This document shows, one piece after another, positions 30,979 through 41,400 of a DNA stretch of 64,000 nucleotides. Source of the stretch: an uncultured bacterium (GTDB lineage Bacteria; Bacillota_I; Bacilli_A; RFN20; CAG-826); NCBI GenBank assembly GCA_949293255.1, contig CASFCL010000001.1, positions 156,105 through 220,104 of the forward strand, read 5' to 3'. The notes under the pieces were generated by a model that saw nothing but the letters and a program-made list of their open reading frames with translations, did not search any database and was not told where the DNA came from. The translations under genes were made by a program, and so were the position numbers. Positions within the stretch are counted from its first letter, which is position 1; each line of letters starts with the position of its first letter.

Positions 30979-33900
30979 TGTCTTATATACCTCTTCATAT
31001 TAGAACTGGATATACATTCTTAAAATCAGGTATCACCATACCAAAACTAATTAAATTTGCTAAAGAATGTAAGTTTAAATATTTAGGAATATCCGATTTA
31101 AATGTCATGTATGGATTTCCTAAATTTAATGAGCTTTGTTTAAAAAGTGGAATCACTCCACTTTTTGGTATGGATGTTGAAATTGAAGAAAATATCATTT
31201 CTTTATTTGTTCAAAATGAAGTTGGTTATATAAATTTATGTCATCTTTCTAGTTACATTCAAAGAGGTAATATTTTAGATTTAGATACATTAAAAAATTA
31301 TACTGAGGGACTTAAAGCAGTCTTTCCTATATCAAATAAATTATTTGCTTCAGTAGATGAAAATACTTTTTCAACTGCTCTTTTTAAATACTCAAAAATC
31401 TTTAAAGAATTTTTTATTGGTATAGAAATTTATACTAAAGAAGAAGTTAAAAAAGCTGACTTAATTAGAAGTTTTGCTCAACAATATTCTTATCATTGTA
31501 TCGCTTTTCCTAAAGTTCAATATTTAAAAAAATCTGATGCAATTGTCACTCAACTTTTAAAGGCAATTGAGATACAATCTACCACGGATTATAAAGAAAT
31601 ACCCGCAGATTCCCACTATTTTTTAAAAACTAATGAAGAAATAACTAAATTTTACTCACCTAGTGAACTTGAAAATTGTGCCTTACTTTTAGAAAATTAC
31701 GACTTTAATTTAAAGATAAAAAGAGGTAAATTACTCCATTATGATCCTTTAAAAAATTCAGATGAATTATTAATTTCAAAACTTCATGACGGATTAAAAT
31801 TTAGAAATATTGAGTTAGAAAATAATAAGGTTTATCGCGATAGATTAAATTATGAATATTTAACAATTAAGAAAATGGGTTATAGTGACTACTTCTTAAT
31901 TGTTCAAGATTATGTAAATTATGCTAAAAATAATAACATTCCAGTTGGTCCAGGAAGAGGTTCTGCTGCTGGAAGTTTAATATCATATTTACTCAATATT
32001 ACTGATGTTGACCCACTTAAATATGACTTACTTTTTGAAAGATTTTTAAATCCTCAAAGAAAATCAATGCCTGATATTGATGTTGATTTTTCTGATTTAA
32101 AAAGAGATTTAGTTTTTGAATATTTAAAGAAAAAATATAGTTATAAAAGATGTGCTAGAGTCATCGCTTTCCAAACTTTTGGAGCAAAACAAGCTTTAAG
32201 AGATGTCACAAAAGCAATCGGATTCCCTAATAATATCGCGGATCAAATCTCTAAAACTATTCCAGCTAATTTTAATGCTAATAATTTTGATTTAGATTAT
32301 GCTTATGAACATATTCCAGCTTTTAAAGCAATAATTGATTCTACTCCAGATTATAGCATTATCTTTAATTTAGCCCATCTAATTGAAGGTTTACCGCGTC
32401 AAAAGGGTCTTCATGCTGCTGGACTTATCATTGATAATGAAGAACTTGAAAATTCAATTCCTCTTACTTATGAAGGAGAAAATGAACAAGTTACTCAATA
32501 TGAAAAAGATTATTTAGAAGAACAAGGATTCTTAAAAATGGATTTACTTGGTTTAACTAACCTCTCCACTATTGAAGCTTGTATTGAAAATGTTAAAAAG
32601 AATCGAAATATCGATATCGATTTATCAAAAATTTCTTTAGATGATCCAAAAATTTATAATCTCATAAAATCAGGTTCAACAATGGGTCTTTTCCAACTTG
32701 ATACCTCTGCTGCTAATAACGCTTTAGGTTATATTAAACCTTCAAAATTTATGGATGTTGTTGCAACAATTTCTTTAGATAGACCTGGTCCAATGGAACA
32801 AATTCCACTTTATTCAAGAAGAAAAGAAAGAAAAGAAAAAGTCACTTATATCGATAAATCTTTAGAACCAATCTTAAAAGAAACTTATGGAATTATCGTC
32901 TATCAAGAACAAATTATGCAAATTTGCAGGGTTTTTGCAGGGTTTTCTTACGCAGAAGCCGATTTATTTAGAAGAGCAATTTCTAAAAAACATCAATCTG
33001 AGCTCTTAAAACTTAAAGATTCTTTTACACTTGGAGCTCAAAAGAAAGGTCATGATTTAAAAACAATAAATGAGATCTATAATTTGATTTTAAAGTTTGC
33101 TAGCTATGGTTTTAATAAATCTCACGCTGTTAGTTATGCAATGATTGCTTGCCAAGAAGCATATTTAAAAGCAAATTATGGGCCTGAATTTTATATTGCA
33201 ATTTTAGATCAACAATATGGCTCAAATGATGCTAAGTTTTCGAAATACGTAAGTGAAATTAAAAAAGCAAAAATTAATCTACTTCTTCCTAGCATCAATA
33301 AATCAGGAGCTAATTTCTCTTTAGAAAATGGTTCTTTAAGAATGCCACTACTAGGAATTAGTGGTTTCCCATCACTTGTTACTTTCAGTATTATTAACGA
33401 AAGAAATAAAAATGGAGAGTTTAAAGATTTCATCGATTTTGTTTTAAGAATGTATCGAACACCTGATAAAATCAGCGAAACTAACTTAGCTAAACTCATC
33501 GATGCAGGATGTTTTGATGAATTATATCCTAATAGAAAATCCCTAAAAATGTCGATTACACCGGCACTTTCTTATGCTAGTGCAACTATATATAATGAAA
33601 ATTCTCTCTTTGAAGATTTTGGATTAAAGTTTGATTATATTGAAACAAAAGATGATCCAGAAGAAAGAATTGCTAACGAATTAAATTCAATTGGAGTAAT
33701 GATTTCTGATTCTCCACTTCGACACGTAGATTTATCTAGATATAAAAAGTTAGTAATTACGCCAATTAGTGAATTAAAAAACAATGTAACTTCTTATATT
33801 CTTGTAATTATTAATTCAATTAAGACAATTCAAGTAAAAAATGGCAAAGATAAAGGTAAACCGATGGCGTTTTTAGGAGTATTTGATGAATCTGGAGAGA

Positions 33901-34046
33901 TTGATGTAACAGTTTTTGCAGATGATTATGCAAAAAACATCAATAATATTGTTAAAAATAACATCTTACTTATCAAAGGTAAGGTTCAACCTCGAGATGG
34001 TAAAATATCGTTTAATTTAGAAAATATGATGAATGTAAAGGAGTAG
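30978..34046 (+). CDS. dnaE: DNA polymerase III alpha subunit DnaE
   Basis: 1022 aa with an N-terminal PHP domain, PDIDVDF and GLLKMDLLGL motifs. The start overlaps the nrnA stop (TAATG). Confidence 0.88.
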   Translation: MSYIPLHIRTGYTFLKSGITIPKLIKFAKECKFKYLGISDLNVMYGFPKFNELCLKSGITPLFGMDVEIEENIISLFVQNEVGYINLCHLSSYIQRGNILDLDTLKNYTEGLKAVFPISNKLFASVDENTFSTALFKYSKIFKEFFIGIEIYTKEEVKKADLIRSFAQQYSYHCIAFPKVQYLKKSDAIVTQLLKAIEIQSTTDYKEIPADSHYFLKTNEEITKFYSPSELENCALLLENYDFNLKIKRGKLLHYDPLKNSDELLISKLHDGLKFRNIELENNKVYRDRLNYEYLTIKKMGYSDYFLIVQDYVNYAKNNNIPVGPGRGSAAGSLISYLLNITDVDPLKYDLLFERFLNPQRKSMPDIDVDFSDLKRDLVFEYLKKKYSYKRCARVIAFQTFGAKQALRDVTKAIGFPNNIADQISKTIPANFNANNFDLDYAYEHIPAFKAIIDSTPDYSIIFNLAHLIEGLPRQKGLHAAGLIIDNEELENSIPLTYEGENEQVTQYEKDYLEEQGFLKMDLLGLTNLSTIEACIENVKKNRNIDIDLSKISLDDPKIYNLIKSGSTMGLFQLDTSAANNALGYIKPSKFMDVVATISLDRPGPMEQIPLYSRRKERKEKVTYIDKSLEPILKETYGIIVYQEQIMQICRVFAGFSYAEADLFRRAISKKHQSELLKLKDSFTLGAQKKGHDLKTINEIYNLILKFASYGFNKSHAVSYAMIACQEAYLKANYGPEFYIAILDQQYGSNDAKFSKYVSEIKKAKINLLLPSINKSGANFSLENGSLRMPLLGISGFPSLVTFSIINERNKNGEFKDFIDFVLRMYRTPDKISETNLAKLIDAGCFDELYPNRKSLKMSITPALSYASATIYNENSLFEDFGLKFDYIETKDDPEERIANELNSIGVMISDSPLRHVDLSRYKKLVITPISELKNNVTSYILVIINSIKTIQVKNGKDKGKPMAFLGVFDESGEIDVTVFADDYAKNINNIVKNNILLIKGKVQPRDGKISFNLENMMNVKE

Positions 34047-34049
34047 TTT

Positions 34050-36653
34050 ATGGCAAAAATTATAATTATTGATGGAAATTCATTACTTTTTAGAGCATTT
34101 TATGCTACTTACACTCCTGAAAAAGAGAAATTAATGAGAAATAAAGATGGAATTCCTACAAATGCTATCTTTGCTTTTTCTAATATGCTTACCGCTATCA
34201 TCAATTCTTTAAATAAAGATGATGGAATTTTTGTTGCTTTTGATAAAGGTGCTCATACTTTTAGACATAAAAGACTTAAAACTTACAAAGCAAATAGACC
34301 TCCTCTTCCTGAAGAATTAGCTATTCAAATGCCAATTGCTAGAGAATTATTAGATGCTTTAAACATTCATTATTATGAAGATGACGATTATGAAGCTGAT
34401 GATATTGCTGGAAATATGGCTAAAAAAGCTGAAAAAGTAGGTTATAAAGTGCTTTTATACACTTCAGATAAGGATTATTTACAATTGATTGATGATAATA
34501 TTACTGTTGAGCTTATTAAAAAAGGTTTAAGAGATATTAAAGAAATGACTCCTACTTCTTTTAAAGATGAATGGGGTTTTGAACCTGCAAAAATTATCGA
34601 TTATAAAGGATTAAGAGGTGATCCAAGTGATAATTTAAATGGTATTCCTAAAGTTGGAGATAAAACTGCTAAATCTTTAATCATAAAATATGGATCTTTT
34701 GAAGAAATTTATAATCACGTTGATGAATTAACTCCAAGTTTAAAAGCTAACATGTTAGAGTTTGTTGAAGATGGCAGATTATCAAAAGAACTTGCAATAA
34801 TTAATACTGATTTCCCAATTCCTCTTTCACCACTAGAAACAATTTATCGAGGATATGATTTTAATACCATTTCTGAATTTGCTAAAAAATATAACTTTAA
34901 TAGTTTATTAAATAAGTTACCTAGGTCTCGTAGATTAAAAGATGAAAAGATTACAAAGTTAACTTTTAAAGAAATTAAAGATATTGATGAGTTAGTAATT
35001 CCTAAAAAATTTGGTATAGGAATTGATGTTTCTAATGACAATTATCATGAAGCAATTTTATATGGAATTTCATTATCATTTCATGATGAAAACTACTATA
35101 TTTTTACAGAAAACCTTGTAAAATCCCCACATTTAATAGAAATTTTAGAAAGTGAAGATTATAAAAAGTATGCATTTGATTTCAAAAAAATCAAGTGTGT
35201 TTTATCTAGATATGGTATCAATATCAAGGGTTTAGAATTTGATTTATTACTTGCTACTTATTTAATTGATTCATCGTATTCAAATGATTTTAGCTCCTTA
35301 GTTTCAATTTATGGATATAACATCAACTATGTTTATGATGATTCAACTGCTTTATTTAGTACATCTAATCCATTACTTTCAATTGCTTTGAGTTACTATC
35401 CTTTATTTTTATCAGAAAGGACAATTTCTAAACTCAAAAGTCTTGAACAATATGAACTTTTAAGTGAAATTGAACAACCTTTAACCATTGTTTTAGCTGA
35501 TATGGAAATTGAAGGATTCCCACTTGATAAAGATACATTAATCGAATTTAAAAAAGATTATGAAGGTAAAATTGAAGCATTAAAAGAAGAAATTTATACC
35601 CTTGCTGGTCATGAATTTAATATCAATTCACCAAAAGAATTAGGTAATCTTTTATACCAAGAATTAAATCTTCCTGGCAATAAAAAAGGTTCTACTTCTG
35701 TTGAATACTTAAAAGAATTAATTCCTTATCATCCAATTGTTTCAAAAATTTTAGATTATAGAAAATATTCAAAACTTCTTTCTACTTATGTAAATGGATT
35801 TTTAGGTTATATTCAAGCAGATGGAAAAATTCATGCTACCTTTAATCAAGCCTACACTCAAACAGGAAGATTATCTTCAAGTGAACCAAATTTACAAAAT
35901 ATCAGTATTAGAGATGAAGAAAGAAAACAAATTAGAAAAGCATTTTTCTATAAAGAAGATAATATCAAGATACTTTCTCTTGATTATTCTCAAATAGAAT
36001 TAAGAATTTTAGCTAGTTTATCAGGTTCAGAATCATTAATTAGAACTTTTAATAATGATGAAGATATTCATAGTGCTACTGCTAAACAAGTATTCCATCT
36101 TGATAGAGAACCAACTTCTTTAGAAAGAAGAAAGGCTAAAGCAGTTAATTTTGGTATCGTTTATGGAATTTCAGATTGGGGTCTTGCTGATCAACTTGAA
36201 ATTTCAATGAGAGAAGCTAGAGAAATCATCACCTCCTTTAATAAAGCTTATCCAGAAGTTAAAGAATATTTAGATAAACTCGTTAGTGAAGCAAATGAAT
36301 TAGGATATGCTACTACTTTATTTAATAGAAGAAGATATTTCTTAGATTTAAAAGATGGAAGCATTCAAGCAAGAGAATTTGTAAAAAGAGCTGCTATGAA
36401 TGCTCCAATTCAAGGTACTGCTGCTGATGTTATGAAAGTTGCAATGATTAAAGTCGATAAAGCTTTAAAAGAAGGTAACTATAAATCAAAAATTGTTTCT
36501 CAAATTCATGACGAATTAATCATTAAAGCTTACGAAGATGAAGTTGGAGAAGTTTCAAAATTAATTAAAGATATCATGGAAAATGCAGTTAAATTAAAAG
36601 TTGCTTTAAAAGTTGATGGAGGTTATGCATCTAGTTGGTTTGATGCTAAATAA
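34050..36653 (+). CDS. polA: DNA polymerase I
   Basis: 867 aa with a 5'-3' exonuclease N-terminus (IIIIDGNSLLFRAFYA). Polymerase motif A is DYSQIELRILA, motif B is RRKAKAVNFGIVYG and motif C is QIHDEL. Confidence 0.92.
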   Translation: MAKIIIIDGNSLLFRAFYATYTPEKEKLMRNKDGIPTNAIFAFSNMLTAIINSLNKDDGIFVAFDKGAHTFRHKRLKTYKANRPPLPEELAIQMPIARELLDALNIHYYEDDDYEADDIAGNMAKKAEKVGYKVLLYTSDKDYLQLIDDNITVELIKKGLRDIKEMTPTSFKDEWGFEPAKIIDYKGLRGDPSDNLNGIPKVGDKTAKSLIIKYGSFEEIYNHVDELTPSLKANMLEFVEDGRLSKELAIINTDFPIPLSPLETIYRGYDFNTISEFAKKYNFNSLLNKLPRSRRLKDEKITKLTFKEIKDIDELVIPKKFGIGIDVSNDNYHEAILYGISLSFHDENYYIFTENLVKSPHLIEILESEDYKKYAFDFKKIKCVLSRYGINIKGLEFDLLLATYLIDSSYSNDFSSLVSIYGYNINYVYDDSTALFSTSNPLLSIALSYYPLFLSERTISKLKSLEQYELLSEIEQPLTIVLADMEIEGFPLDKDTLIEFKKDYEGKIEALKEEIYTLAGHEFNINSPKELGNLLYQELNLPGNKKGSTSVEYLKELIPYHPIVSKILDYRKYSKLLSTYVNGFLGYIQADGKIHATFNQAYTQTGRLSSSEPNLQNISIRDEERKQIRKAFFYKEDNIKILSLDYSQIELRILASLSGSESLIRTFNNDEDIHSATAKQVFHLDREPTSLERRKAKAVNFGIVYGISDWGLADQLEISMREAREIITSFNKAYPEVKEYLDKLVSEANELGYATTLFNRRRYFLDLKDGSIQAREFVKRAAMNAPIQGTAADVMKVAMIKVDKALKEGNYKSKIVSQIHDELIIKAYEDEVGEVSKLIKDIMENAVKLKVALKVDGGYASSWFDAK

Positions 36654-36655
36654 AT

Positions 36656-38041
36656 ATGCCTGAATTACCAGAAGTTGAAACTGTAATTAATATCATTAAT
36701 CCTTTAATAAAAGGAAAAACTATCGATAAAATCGAGATTTTTTACGATAGATTAATTCAATCTGACATTAAAGAATTTATTCCTAATCTTTTAAATAAGA
36801 CATTTTTAAATGTCACTAGATATGGAAAATTTATCTTTTTACATTTAAATGATGACTTAGTAATTGTTACTCATTTAAGAATGGAAGGTAAATTTAGATA
36901 CCTTGAAAATAATGAAAATCCTAGAATAAAATCCACTAGTTTAATCTTCTATTTTAAAGATGGATCATGTTTATCTTTTGATGATACTAGAAAATTTGGA
37001 TTAATGTATTTATCAACTGAAAACGAATATAAAGAACTTCCAATGATTAAAAAATTAGGAATTGAAGCTAATAAAACTACTTTAGAAGATGTGCCTTTAA
37101 TTTATAAAAAGTTTCAAAAGAATAAAGTTATTAAAGAATTGCTTTTAGACCAATCAATTTTGTGCGGAATTGGTAATATTTATGCTGATGAAACTTTATA
37201 TATGTCTAAAATTCATCCTTTAACTAGAGGTAAAGATTTAACTATTGAAAATGTCGAATCTATCGTAAAAAATGCAAAAATTGTCCTTGATAAAGCTATT
37301 GAATTAGGAGGATCTACTATTCATTCATTCCATCCTAGTGAAGGGGTTGATGGTAGATTCCAAGAAGTTTTAACTTGCTATGGAAAAGAAGGCGAAGAAT
37401 GTCCTACTTGTAAAACTAAATTTCATAAGATTTTTATTGGAGGAAGAGGAACAACTTTTTGCCCAAATTGTCAAATTAATCCATATTTAAAAAAAGCAAT
37501 TGGAATTACTGGACCAATTGGAAGTGGAAAATCATCGGTTTTAAAATATTTTAAGAAATTAGGCTATTTAACCATTTCTTGTGATGAAGAAATTCATAAT
37601 TTATATCGTGAAAGTGCTATAAAAAATAAAATATCAAAGATTTTAAAATCACCTTTTGATATCGATAACAAAAAGTTAAAAGACCACTGCAAACTTTTAA
37701 TGATTGAAAATCCTTCTTTAAAAAAGCAAGTTGAAGACTATATTTACCCAATTTTAGAAAATAAATTGATTAGTTATATTGTAAATAATGAACTTGTTGC
37801 AATTGAAGTTCCTCTACTTTTTAAAGCTCATTATGAATATATGTTCAAAAAGATTTTTGTAATTAAAATCGATAAAAATAAGCAAATTGAAAACTTAAAA
37901 TCAAGAAATGATTTTGATCATGCAAATAGTTTAAAGCTTAATAACGACTACTCGTATAATGAAAAAAATCCCGATGTTATCAAGATATTTAATGATTCAA
38001 CTTTACAAAATTTGTATAAACAAATTGATGAGAATCTTTAA
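36656..38041 (+). CDS. fusion protein: formamidopyrimidine-DNA glycosylase (Fpg/MutM) + dephospho-CoA kinase (CoaE)
   Basis: The Fpg part has MPELPEVETV (catalytic Pro2/Glu3) and the zinc finger CPTCKTKF...CPNCQ. The CoaE P-loop AIGITGPIGSGKSS follows after about 10 residues in the same frame. The single 461-aa ORF matches the summed lengths of the two proteins. Confidence 0.8.
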   Translation: MPELPEVETVINIINPLIKGKTIDKIEIFYDRLIQSDIKEFIPNLLNKTFLNVTRYGKFIFLHLNDDLVIVTHLRMEGKFRYLENNENPRIKSTSLIFYFKDGSCLSFDDTRKFGLMYLSTENEYKELPMIKKLGIEANKTTLEDVPLIYKKFQKNKVIKELLLDQSILCGIGNIYADETLYMSKIHPLTRGKDLTIENVESIVKNAKIVLDKAIELGGSTIHSFHPSEGVDGRFQEVLTCYGKEGEECPTCKTKFHKIFIGGRGTTFCPNCQINPYLKKAIGITGPIGSGKSSVLKYFKKLGYLTISCDEEIHNLYRESAIKNKISKILKSPFDIDNKKLKDHCKLLMIENPSLKKQVEDYIYPILENKLISYIVNNELVAIEVPLLFKAHYEYMFKKIFVIKIDKNKQIENLKSRNDFDHANSLKLNNDYSYNEKNPDVIKIFNDSTLQNLYKQIDENL

Positions 38042-38970
38042 TATAAACCAGCTTGTCCGCTTAAATTAATGAAACTATCTTTTTCATTCATCATTGATTC
38101 AATTAAACTTTTTACTTGTTTTCCTATTGGATCATATTTATCAAATTTATATAGATTTTGGATTTCATTTAAATCAAAATTTGAAGTAAACACTGTGAAT
38201 AATCTTTTGCTTGCTCTTTCTTTTAAAATTGGAATTAAAAAGGTATCACGTTGATATTTTGATTTAAATTCATCTCCAAAACTATCAATAACTAAGATGT
38301 CACAAGTTTTATAACTTTCAAATAATCTATCAAATTCAGCAATTGAATATTTATCTTTAGCAAATTTTAAATCTTGTAATTCTTTAAATCTTTCTGAAGA
38401 GTTTATAAAGCAAGCTGTGTTAACTTTTTTATTGATAACCATTGAATTTAAAAATGCAATTGATACATAACTTTTACCAGTTCTTGGACCACCATATAAG
38501 TAAGCCCAATTTATTTTTTTACGGTTAAATAATGCATAAACTTTCCTTAAATTATTCTTGCCTAAACTATCCAATTTTGTCAAACTTAAATCATTAAAAC
38601 TATCGTCAAAATCTTTAACAATATATGAATTTAAATATTCGATTTTTTGTTTAACTGGTTCTAAAACTTCATATTTTATTTCAACTAAATTTCCATTTTT
38701 ATAAAGTATCATTTTGTCAAAAATATTAAATTTTACACAATCTTCATAAGTTTTAATTTGCTTTATTAAATGATAATTTTCATAAAAATCATCGCATTTA
38801 GAAAGGTTTTTGAAAATTTCGTCGTTATTTAAGCCAAATTTTTCAACTAAAATTGAATAAACTTCATCATTTATAATCTTGTTATAAATTTCTTTACGAT
38901 ATTCATCTAATTCTTTTGATGAAACTCTTTTTAATAAATCTTCATTGTTATTTACATTAAATTTTTCCAT
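38038..38970 (-). CDS. dnaI: primosomal helicase loader DnaI (DnaC/IstB-family AAA+)
   Basis: 310 aa with Walker A YLYGGPRTGKSYVS and Walker B ILVIDSFGDE. It lies downstream of the dnaB-like gene, as in Bacillus. Confidence 0.8.
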   Translation of the reverse strand: MEKFNVNNNEDLLKRVSSKELDEYRKEIYNKIINDEVYSILVEKFGLNNDEIFKNLSKCDDFYENYHLIKQIKTYEDCVKFNIFDKMILYKNGNLVEIKYEVLEPVKQKIEYLNSYIVKDFDDSFNDLSLTKLDSLGKNNLRKVYALFNRKKINWAYLYGGPRTGKSYVSIAFLNSMVINKKVNTACFINSSERFKELQDLKFAKDKYSIAEFDRLFESYKTCDILVIDSFGDEFKSKYQRDTFLIPILKERASKRLFTVFTSNFDLNEIQNLYKFDKYDPIGKQVKSLIESMMNEKDSFINLSGQAGLY

Positions 38971-38971
38971 A

Positions 38972-40198
38972 TTAAATTAAGTCCTCAAAATCATCAAAAT
39001 ATTCATCATCGCTATCACTAGTTAAAGTTTTTATTTTTTCTTTTTCTACAGGTTTTGTTTCAGTCTTTTTAACTTCTTCTTTTTTATTTTTAACATTACC
39101 AAGATATAAATAATTATATGCTTTTAAAACATCATCAATATGTTCTCTAACCATACTTGCAGCTATTTTTTCAACCAAAGTGTTATTTAGTTTGCCGTCA
39201 TATTTCGTAATACAAAAATCTATTAAGACATTAACAACTCCATCACTAAAACCAAATTGATCTTTAATTCGATTCATTAATCCTAAATCTGAATTTATTG
39301 GAGCAATCCCGCCTTGAAGTTCTCTTAAAAAATCAAATATTGATGTATTTTGATATTTAAGAAGTTTATTAGCTAATTCAGTTTCGCTATTAATAGTGAT
39401 TTTTTTGTTATTCTTCTTTGCTGTTGATTTTGGAGTAAATACTAATTTGCTCATTCTTAATTGTTTTTCTAAATAAGTAAAATTAACTTTACCACCTTTT
39501 TTAATGGTTGAATCAGGTTCATATGCATTAGTTACAAGTTTTCCAAGTGTTTTTAAATCAACATTATATGTATTTGCAAGACTAAATATTTTATTTACTT
39601 CTTCATCGCTAAAATTTTCTCTAGTAAATGTCGATTTTGTTTTTAAATATCTAAAAAACTCGTTGCTATCGATATTTCCACGTACTTGATTTTTATTAAC
39701 TGTTACAAAACTACCCTTTTTAAACGTTGTATTTGATGGATCAAAATTAATTTGAAACGAATCGGTAATTGAAGCCGAAACATTTTTTAAGTTAGTTGTA
39801 TCAAATTTATTTGAATATTTATTAACTATACTTTGATAATAATCATCATTTACACGATTTTTAAATAATTCGAATAAAATTGTATCGTTAAAAAAGTCAC
39901 TAGGTGTTTTTACACCACATAAAGCAATTGTTATTTCACCACCATTTTCAAAAGTTTGAACGAGTTCAACTGATTCTAAAGTTCTTTTTGCTAAAATAAA
40001 ATCTTGTTCAGACATTCCAATGAAATATAAGAAATTAGAAACTTCTATTTCTTCGTTTACTGTCTCACTTAAATTTACCAAATTATCATATAAAAAAGCT
40101 GCTTTATAACCAATTAGAGGTAAATAAAGTTCACGTAGGAACGTAAATCCGTCTTTTAAAATTAAATCTTTTTTAACAATTAAAAACTTTTCAAACAT
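38972..40198 (-). CDS. dnaB: Bacillus-type replication initiation/membrane attachment protein DnaB (DnaD-like domains; not the replicative helicase)
   Basis: 408 aa with no NTPase motifs. The call rests on its position immediately upstream of dnaI and its length. It needs HMM confirmation. Confidence 0.45.
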   Translation of the reverse strand: MFEKFLIVKKDLILKDGFTFLRELYLPLIGYKAAFLYDNLVNLSETVNEEIEVSNFLYFIGMSEQDFILAKRTLESVELVQTFENGGEITIALCGVKTPSDFFNDTILFELFKNRVNDDYYQSIVNKYSNKFDTTNLKNVSASITDSFQINFDPSNTTFKKGSFVTVNKNQVRGNIDSNEFFRYLKTKSTFTRENFSDEEVNKIFSLANTYNVDLKTLGKLVTNAYEPDSTIKKGGKVNFTYLEKQLRMSKLVFTPKSTAKKNNKKITINSETELANKLLKYQNTSIFDFLRELQGGIAPINSDLGLMNRIKDQFGFSDGVVNVLIDFCITKYDGKLNNTLVEKIAASMVREHIDDVLKAYNYLYLGNVKNKKEEVKKTETKPVEKEKIKTLTSDSDDEYFDDFEDLI

Positions 40199-40431
40199 TG
40201 TCTTTAAATTATATATGTTCTTGCCCTAATTTTTAAGAGCAAAAAAAAATAATATTTTTTGACTTTGTAAGGTTCTGCTATTAAGAATGCATAAATTCAA
40301 ATAAAATAATCACTTTTTCGCTCTTAAATTTTACACAATGATTATTTTTTACAATTTTCTATAACTTTTTATATAAGAATTGACACAAAATGTTATATAA
40401 TTTAAGGCGATATTTTTAGGAGATTTAATCT

Positions 40432-41391
40432 ATGATTAAAAAAATTGGTATATTGACTTCAGGTGGAGATGCTCCAGGCATGAACGATGCCTTATTTGGA
40501 GCCATTAGAACTGGATATAAACTTGGAAAAGAAATGTATGTAGTTTATGAAGGCTACAAAGGAATTTTAGAAAGAAATTTTGTAAAAGTTAGTCCAGATT
40601 TTGCAAACGAATATATTTCTCGTGGAGGTACTATCATCAAAAGTGCTAGATTCCCTGAATTTAAAGACGAAAGTGTTAGAAAAGAAGCTGTAAAGATTCT
40701 TAAAGAAGAAGGAATTGATGCCTTAATTGTTATCGGAGGAGATGGTTCTTATAAAGGTGCAAAATTATTAACCGGTTTAGGAATTAATTGTGTTGGTTTG
40801 CCAGGAACTATCGATAATGATATTGTCTCAACAGACTATACCATCGGATTTGATACATGTTTAAATACAGTTGTTGAAGCAATTGATAAAATCGATGAAA
40901 CAATGTCATCTCATAATAGATGTGGAGTTGTTGAAATTATGGGAAACCACTGCCCAGATTTAACTTTATATGCTGGTATTGCTACTGGTGCTGATATTGT
41001 TATAACAAAGGACAATACTTCGAATATTGACAAAGCAATCGCAACTTTAAAGAAACTTAAAGAAGAAAAAGCAGATCATGCAATGGTTTTAGTTGCTGAA
41101 AAACTTTTAGATGTAAATGCCTTAGTAAAAAGAATTTCAGAAGAAACTGGATGGGATACAAGAGCTACAGTTTTAGGACATATTCAAAGAGGCGGAACTC
41201 CTAGTGCTATGGAAAGAGTTAATGCAATTAGAATGGGCTCATATGCTGTAAGTTTACTTGATCAAGGTATTGGCGGAGTTTGTGTTGGTATCGTTGATAA
41301 TAAATTAGCATATCACGATATCGATGAAGCTTTAGAACTTCCAAGAAATAAACACTTAGATTTATATGAAATTCACGATTTAATTAAGTAG
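40432..41391 (+). CDS. pfkA: ATP-dependent 6-phosphofructokinase
   Basis: 319 aa with the motifs GILTSGGDAPGMN and GGDGS. Confidence 0.93.
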   Translation: MIKKIGILTSGGDAPGMNDALFGAIRTGYKLGKEMYVVYEGYKGILERNFVKVSPDFANEYISRGGTIIKSARFPEFKDESVRKEAVKILKEEGIDALIVIGGDGSYKGAKLLTGLGINCVGLPGTIDNDIVSTDYTIGFDTCLNTVVEAIDKIDETMSSHNRCGVVEIMGNHCPDLTLYAGIATGADIVITKDNTSNIDKAIATLKKLKEEKADHAMVLVAEKLLDVNALVKRISEETGWDTRATVLGHIQRGGTPSAMERVNAIRMGSYAVSLLDQGIGGVCVGIVDNKLAYHDIDEALELPRNKHLDLYEIHDLIK

Positions 41392-41400
41392 GTACAAGTT

